DNA from: Felis catus
Taxonomy: Eukaryota
Length of the DNA stretch: 64,000 nucleotides
Direction of reading: 5' to 3'
Assembly: GCF_018350175.1 (NCBI RefSeq)
Contig: NC_058368.1
Location: forward strand, 53,384,001 to 53,448,000
The position numbers were made by a program, and so were the translations under genes. The notes under the pieces were generated by a model. The model made no database searches. It was given only the letters and a program-made list of their open reading frames with translations, and had not been told where the DNA came from. Numbering within the stretch: the first letter of the stretch is position 1; every line of letters begins with the position of its first letter. Of this stretch, positions 60,547 through 64,000 are shown in pieces.

Positions 60547-60935
60547 TGGGAGAGTCAGTTTTCTGTGTCAGCTTGGTTAGGTTATAGCTCCAATTAAAAC
60601 TCAAACACTAATCTAGGCGTTGCTGTGAAGGTACTTCTAGATACTATGATCAAAGTCCAAGATCAGTTGACTTTAAGGAGATTATCTTCTATAATCTGGG
60701 TGGGCTTGATTTAATTTGTTGAAAGGTCAAGAGCAGAACTGAGGTTTCCCTGAGGAAGAAGAAATTCTGCCTGTAGATAGCAACTTCTAGAATCTTCTAG
60801 AGTTCCAGTGGCCTATACTATGGATTTTGGATGTTTAGCCAGCCCTTACAACAGTTTAAGCCAATTCCTCACAATAAATCTCTTCATATATATCTTCTAT
60901 TGGTTCTTTTTCTTAGGTTGAGTCCTGACTTATAA
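60547..60935 (+). mobile_element. MLT2D-like ERVL solo LTR
   Basis: tcaaacactaatctaggcgttgctgtgaaggta, ataatctgggtgggc, gaggaagaagaaattctgcctgt, caataaatctctt. Confidence 0.85.
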
Positions 60936-62007
60936 AAAATATGAGCTGTATTTTAGATTCTTCCTATATTCTTACTATATTGATATTCAACATAGTATAT
61001 GAGAATAAAGAGAGAGACAGGAAGTAGATACCTGATTGTCAAATTGCTCACTCAGATTTCCTCTCTTAAATTATAGAGCTGAACAGATGACAGGAATCTC
61101 AGAACCAGTTAAATAAGGAACACTATGTGTAGCTAAATTGAGATACAAGCCTCCAAACTGCTAAAAGATCCATGTACATGGTAATAGAGGTAAAACTTTG
61201 GAGTAATAATTATGCTCATTTTCATTTACCAAAATGGCACAATAGTTTCTTGTATTTTCTAAAATCTACTTCAGAATTTATTGAGCAGAAAATAATGGCT
61301 ACTGAATTTTTTTAGGTAGAGTTAGAAATCTTCAGACAGAGAATGCAATTTTACCTCTTTTTAATCATTCTCTAGATAAATATGCAAAATCATACATATT
61401 CCAAATGCAATTAACCATTAGGATCTATGGTCACACTAACCATCAGCAGCTACTTGGAGAGTAGTTTTATGTTTTATATTCTATGTTGTAGTGGAAGTGA
61501 TAAAAAACTAGAAGTCAAGAAGTAAGGAAAATTTGGAGCATTTGCCTACCTATGATTTAGGCCTGTGTAGAAAGCCATGTGCTGGCAAGGGCACGTCTGT
61601 CCACTGCTCTTTAACTGGTGAGAATAACAACAAAGAATCCTGGCACATGTACATGCAGTTTAGCATATCTGGTTTGAACTAGAAGAGGGTATGGAGGATG
61701 ATAAGAAATCAGTTTATCTCTAAAGGGAATGACTCTGCTTCTGGGAAGGTAGGAGGGATTCCCAGTGGGAAGTATATCCCAGGAAAAGGGGTCTCTATGA
61801 CTAGATAGCATCACTCTACAGAACTTCAAAGTCGTTCTTGGTGGGAAGACTAGATACATTATGCCCACATGAGAAAATGGTAAAAATGGAGGGTAACGGG
61901 GGGGGGGGGATTATTCTGGGGATGACGCATCAATTAATGTGAAAAGACAGTTGTCACTTCATACAATTTTGATATTAACCATGTTTTATCACTTTATGTC
62001 TTGGCAC

Positions 62008-62410
62008 GTGTTTAGTTTGGGTTCTCTAGGAAGCAGATGCTGATATGAAGTTATGAGTACAAGAGATTTATTGGGGAGTTAACATCTGTGAAAAAGAAAA
62101 GGATTGGGCAGGGAGAGTCATCACAACATACTACAAAGCTAACAAAGTCTCTGCCAGGTTAGCAGGGAGTTCAGAAGCAAAGATTGCCTCTTAAAAGGGT
62201 GTCAGGCAAAAGTGGCTCCACCTGTACCACCACCAGTTGACCACACAACCACACAACCACAGGTTGAACTAAAACAACCACAGGTGGAAAACTGAAGGAA
62301 AACCGGGCAAAACAGCTGGAGGTTGTTAGTTAATCACACTCCTTATAACTAGTCACAGAGTATTTTCTTGATAGGGAATCCAGGCAGTTTATCTCCATGT
62401 CTGCCCCAGT
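62008..62410 (-). mobile_element. LTR16-family LTR
   Basis: tttgggttctctaggaagcagatgctga, agatttattgggga, ggattgggcagggagag. Confidence 0.65.
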
Positions 62411-62867
62411 ATTGCAATGTGGCTCTGGTAAAATTTTGGGTGGCTGAGTATTTGAAAATGAAAATTGATCAGGCCAGAATAAGAGGTGTTCGTGAAGGGC
62501 ATTAACATTCTAAAATTCCACCTGAAGTATTTTAGAGTGGTACACTACCATCAATTCCTTAGGTGACTAGAGTTGTCACCACCAAAACATTAGGGGTTGA
62601 ATACATCAGATGTTGTTAAAAGCTTCTAAAATGATAAGAATATTGTTTCTCCCATTTCATGCTCCCAGTGGGACAACTCAGGGCTTCTACTTGTGATGGC
62701 CTGTTACAGGTCACACTGGCTTAGTTGTGAAATGGGCAAAAGGAGCTCAGAGTGGCTCTTTTTGGGATGGTAAGAAAGCATCATTCATTTCACATAGATC
62801 AAAAAGGTGGGATTTAAGAAAGTCAGATTGGCTCTTTGTGATGCATCACTATGGGGGAGGGGTATTT

Positions 62868-63090
62868 TATAGCATAGTGCTTAATATAGTGGAGACTCTG
62901 GAGTCTGTGACCACCTGCTAGTGATTTGGCTTTGGACAAGTTTCTGAACCTCTTGGTGCCTTAGTTTCCTGACTTGTTAAACAAGGATTATAGTTGTGCC
63001 TACATCATGGAGTTGCTGTGAGGTTAAAATGACATAACACATTCAACGCCTGGCTGGGGAAAGGCTCAATATCCATTAGCTGTTATTCTA
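62868..63090 (+). mobile_element. MIR
   Basis: ttggacaagtttctgaacctc, gttgctgtgaggttaaaatga, attagctgttatt. Confidence 0.8.
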
Positions 63091-63490
63091 CTTCTTTCCT
63101 CTTTTTCTCTTCCTTTTCTTCACTGAAAAAAAACACTTTCTGTTGAATTTTGTTGTCTGCTGTCTAGATTAGCAAAATGTTCACAAAGCTTGGGAGGAGG
63201 GTAAAATTGAAAGAATCTGTTACTTTAACAGGATTCAGGATGTCTGCTTTTGGTCTTTGCTTTTCACCATTATGTTCTCAGTAGTGTTCTGGGTATGCTA
63301 GGTGCAAAAAATGGCCACTGCACTGAGCAGTAGTCTATTTGAAAAACAACAAATGGGCATATAAATGATTAATGAAAACACAAGCACATATAAAATTAAG
63401 TTCTAAAGGAACAGTACAGACCATAAGTGATGTAGGAATCTAATTTCATTTTTCTGTCTGTTTCAACACTGTGTGTTGTTTTGATTATTT

Positions 63491-63714
63491 TTTTTTAAAT
63501 TTTTTTTTCAACGTTTTTTATTTATTTTTGGGACAGAGAGAGACAGAGCATGAACGGGGGAGGGGCAGAGAGAGAGGGAGACACAGAATCAGAAACAGGC
63601 TCCAGGCTCCGAGCCACCAGCCCAGAGCCTGACGCGGGGCTCGAACTCACAGACCGCGAGATCGTGACCTGGCTGAAGTCGGACGCTTAACCGACTGCGC
63701 CACCCAGGCGCCCC
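63491..63714 (-). mobile_element. young SINEC_Fc
   Basis: CpG-intact; perfect TSD ttgttttgattattt at 63476-63490 and 63716-63730. Confidence 0.97.
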
Positions 63715-64000
63715 ATTGTTTTGATTATTTAAAGGTGGTATCATTTGGGGTGAAACCGTGAAGGTGACCTCTTGTACAATAATACAATAAAATGTCCTAT
63801 GTTTATTGTCTTCGAATCCAAAATACATGAATTTATATTAAAAGAAAACAAGTTTAAAGACATTTCAGTATGTTATTGCCTCCTTTTATTGTTAGTCTAT
63901 TCATACTCTCTACCATTAGATGTGTTGAGATGGTAAAAATAGGAAGAACTGGTCAATGCTTTGAATAAAACTATCAAGAAAGCTTAAATGTTTTTAGCTG

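Noticed and set aside
930..63714. tRNA genes or a CRISPR-like array suggested by recurring ggggcgcctgggtggctcag
   Set aside because: These are dispersed tRNA-derived Can-SINE heads with CT tracts, A tails and TSDs, not regularly spaced repeats or cloverleaf tRNAs.
1..64000. Host protein-coding genes among the listed ORFs
   Set aside because: The ORFs are short and mostly lie in SINEs, L1s, LTRs or simple repeats (SLSLSL, ERERER and AQVMISRSVSSSP are SINE translations); none resembles a host protein I recognise.

Overview
This is mammalian (felid-type) non-coding genomic DNA, either intronic or intergenic. I found no credible host protein-coding exon, CpG island, functional tRNA/rRNA gene or prokaryotic-type system. 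The window is mostly interspersed repeats: about 47 tRNA-derived Can-SINEs (several of the young SINEC_Fc type with intact target-site duplications, TSDs), four 5'-truncated felid L1 copies, older carnivore L1, L1M and HAL1 remnants, MaLR/ERVL LTRs including an ERVL internal-PPT-LTR remnant, hAT transposon fossils (MER33, MER63, MER119/Charlie7, MER5A, MER53, MER3), and MIR/L2 fragments. The only recognisable peptides in the ORF track are frameshifted L1 ORF2p pieces and a decayed ERVL pol tail; the others are repeat or low-complexity artefacts. The most notable items are two small-RNA retrocopies: the 3' end of 28S rRNA (57623-57761) and a near full-length Y3 RNA (30370-30468). There are also several retrotransposition and repair scars and a few motif-based regulatory candidates. 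I see no previously undescribed biological system. Repeat subfamily names come from remembered consensus sequences, not a database search, and boundaries of old repeats are approximate.
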